Source of the DNA: an uncultured delta proteobacterium
GTDB taxonomy: Bacteria; Myxococcota_A; Polyangia; Polyangiales; B10-G4
Length of the DNA stretch: 64,000 nucleotides
Assembly (NCBI GenBank): GCA_963727445.1
Contig: CAVSGI010000010.1
Coordinates: 800,001 to 864,000, forward strand
Reading direction: 5' to 3'
Part shown: positions 62,147 to 64,000 of the stretch, in pieces
Layout of the letters: every line of letters begins with the position of its first letter
Position numbering within the stretch: position 1 is the first letter of the stretch
The notes under the pieces: generated by a model
Databases searched by the model: none
What the model saw: only the letters and a program-made list of their open reading frames with translations
Told to the model about the DNA's origin: nothing
Translations under genes and position numbers: made by a program

Positions 62147-64000
62147 GGATCGCCGAGCTCCACCTGAAGGCTTTTGGGCCTTTTGACGACGTGCGGGTCG
62201 ATCTCGACGCCGGCGGTCCCGGCCTGCACGTGATCTACGGTCACAACGAGGCAGGCAAGAGCACCACCCTGCGCGCGCTCTTCGGTCTCTTCTTCGGGAT
62301 CCCTCCGCGGACCACGGACGCTCATCGGCACCGGATGCCCAAGCTCCGTATCGGGGCGCGCCTGGTCGACGAAGAGGGGGCGGTCCACGAGCTCCTTCGA
62401 AAGAAGGGCAACAAGAACACCCTCCTCGGGCCCGACGAGCAGCCGATCGACGAAGCCGTGATGCAGCGCCTCTTGGCTCACGTCTCGGAGCAGGAATTCG
62501 CGCGGATGTTCGGCCTCGATCACGAGACGCTCCGCGAGGGCGCGGCCGAGCTCCTCTCGAGCGGCGGCGACGTTGGCCAGAGCCTCTACGGCGCGAGCCT
62601 GGGTGGGGGCATCCACACCGTCGTCACCAAGCTCGACGAAGAAGCCGATGCCATCTTCACCGCCCGAGGCAAGCAGAAGAAGACGCTGAACGCGGCGCTC
62701 GCCGAATACAAGGAAGCCCAACGCCGCGTGAGGGACGCGGGGTTCACCCCCGAGGGTTACAAGACGCAGGTGGCGGCGCTCGAAGGAGCGCGAACGACGC
62801 TCGAGCATCTCGAAGCCCAGCGGGCCGAGCTCCACGCCGAACGCTACCAGGTCGAGCGCGCGCTCCGAGTGATCCCGCTGCTCAAGAAGTTGGTGCTCGC
62901 CCGTCAGGAGCGCGAGGCGCTCGGGACCGTGATCGCCATCGCCCCGGAATCGGTCGAGGCGCGAGCGCGCGCCGAAAAGGCGGCGGACGAGGCGCGACGG
63001 ACGCTCGATTTCGAGGCGGACGAGGTCGCACGACTCCAAAAGCAACGGCACGCGCTCCCGCCGCGCGCCGCGGTCGCCGAGGTGCCTGTCGATGTTCTCT
63101 CGGACCTCGCTGATCGCTTCAGCGTTCATCGCAAGGACGACATGGACCTTCGCAAGCGCGAGGCGGAACGTGACGCGGCTGCGCGCGAAGCGGAGCGCAT
63201 CGTGGCCCGCGTGCGCCCGGAAGCGAAGCTCACCGACGCGCGCACTCTCATCATCCAGCCCGCCGATCGCGCGGCCCTCGCGCATCTCGCCGATGCGCAC
63301 GGCGAGCTCGTTTCGAACCTGGCCAACGCACGGGACAACCTCGATGCCGCGCTCGCGGAGCGCGAGGAGATCACAGAGAGCGCTGGCGAGGTGGGCAGCG
63401 ACGACACGACGGAGCTCACCGCCTCTCTGGAAGCGGCGCGGGACCTCGGCGACGCCCCAACGCGGCTCGCCGCGCTCAGGGCCGAGCTCGCGGCGAAGGC
63501 GGAGGCCGCCGAGCGAAGGGCGAAGGCCCTCCCGGGGTTCGAGGGGAGCGCGGCCGAGGCCGCAGGCCTGAGGGTGCCCGACCGCGCGCAGGTGGACCGG
63601 GACGTGGAGGCGCGGCGAGAGTGCGTCCGCGCCGTCACCGATGCGCGGGCCAAGCGCGAGGAGCGCGCTGCGGAGCTCGCTGCTCTCGAGTCGGAGATCG
63701 AAGAAGAAGCGCGAAAGGGCGCGGTGCCCACCGAACGCGATCTCGAGGGGCAGAGGCGAGACCGGGACCGCCTGTGGGCCGCACTCCGCCGCTCGATGGA
63801 GGACGACGCGGACGAGCGCAACGGGCAGGAGGCCCTGGGGCTCGACGACCCGGACCCCGAGGCGTACGAGGACGCCGTCGCGCGCGCGGATGGCACCAGC
63901 GACGCCATGCGGCGCGAGGCGGATCGCGTCGCCAAGCGGGCGCGCCTCGAGACCGCGCAGCGAGAAGCGGCGCGGGCGCTGGCGCGCGCCGAGGAGCGGC
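62143..64000 (+). CDS. YhaN-like SMC/Rad50-type ATPase (AAA_27), 3'-partial; absent from the ORF track
   Basis: GTG overlapping the upstream stop; reads VRIAELHLKAFGPF...IYGHNEAGKST (Walker A) followed by coiled coil. Confidence 0.88.
   Translation, partial: MRIAELHLKAFGPFDDVRVDLDAGGPGLHVIYGHNEAGKSTTLRALFGLFFGIPPRTTDAHRHRMPKLRIGARLVDEEGAVHELLRKKGNKNTLLGPDEQPIDEAVMQRLLAHVSEQEFARMFGLDHETLREGAAELLSSGGDVGQSLYGASLGGGIHTVVTKLDEEADAIFTARGKQKKTLNAALAEYKEAQRRVRDAGFTPEGYKTQVAALEGARTTLEHLEAQRAELHAERYQVERALRVIPLLKKLVLARQEREALGTVIAIAPESVEARARAEKAADEARRTLDFEADEVARLQKQRHALPPRAAVAEVPVDVLSDLADRFSVHRKDDMDLRKREAERDAAAREAERIVARVRPEAKLTDARTLIIQPADRAALAHLADAHGELVSNLANARDNLDAALAEREEITESAGEVGSDDTTELTASLEAARDLGDAPTRLAALRAELAAKAEAAERRAKALPGFEGSAAEAAGLRVPDRAQVDRDVEARRECVRAVTDARAKREERAAELAALESEIEEEARKGAVPTERDLEGQRRDRDRLWAALRRSMEDDADERNGQEALGLDDPDPEAYEDAVARADGTSDAMRREADRVAKRARLETAQREAARALARAEER

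Noticed and set aside
60887..64000. Nuclease plus SMC-like ATPase as a novel defence system
   Set aside because: Matches the widespread YhaO/YhaN (SbcCD-like) pair; no accessory defence genes are visible and the locus is truncated

Overview
High-GC, gene-dense bacterial DNA. Gene content (Ser/Thr kinases, PEGA proteins, Cys-rich lipoproteins, MYXO-CTERM-like tails, DUF1592/DUF1552, sigma54 activators) points to a myxobacterium, probably Polyangiales-like; this is an inference. About 50 CDS are supported, and no rRNA, tRNA, CRISPR array or mobile element was recognised. The standout is an 11-gene operon (32592-42341) made only of discrete enzymes. It joins a type II FAS-like set (KS, AT, KR, DH, two FabL-like ERs) to a polyketide beta-branching cassette (HMG-synthase, ECH1, ECH2, AcpK-like ACP) and an alpha-oxoamine synthase, with no modular PKS nearby. 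It is a candidate pathway for methyl/iso-branched acyl chains or sphingoid-like aminoketones. Other notable items: a zinc-ribbon protein with three xYG repeats (possible splicease substrate), repeated kinase/TPR-PEGA/variable-lipoprotein modules, apparent leaderless genes behind both sigma54 and -10 promoters, a lysyl-oxidase/FOXRED2-like/decarboxylase block, and a poly-HAMP hybrid kinase. Eight single-base frameshifts in four genes are most likely assembly errors. All family calls come from motif recognition by eye, not from database searches.
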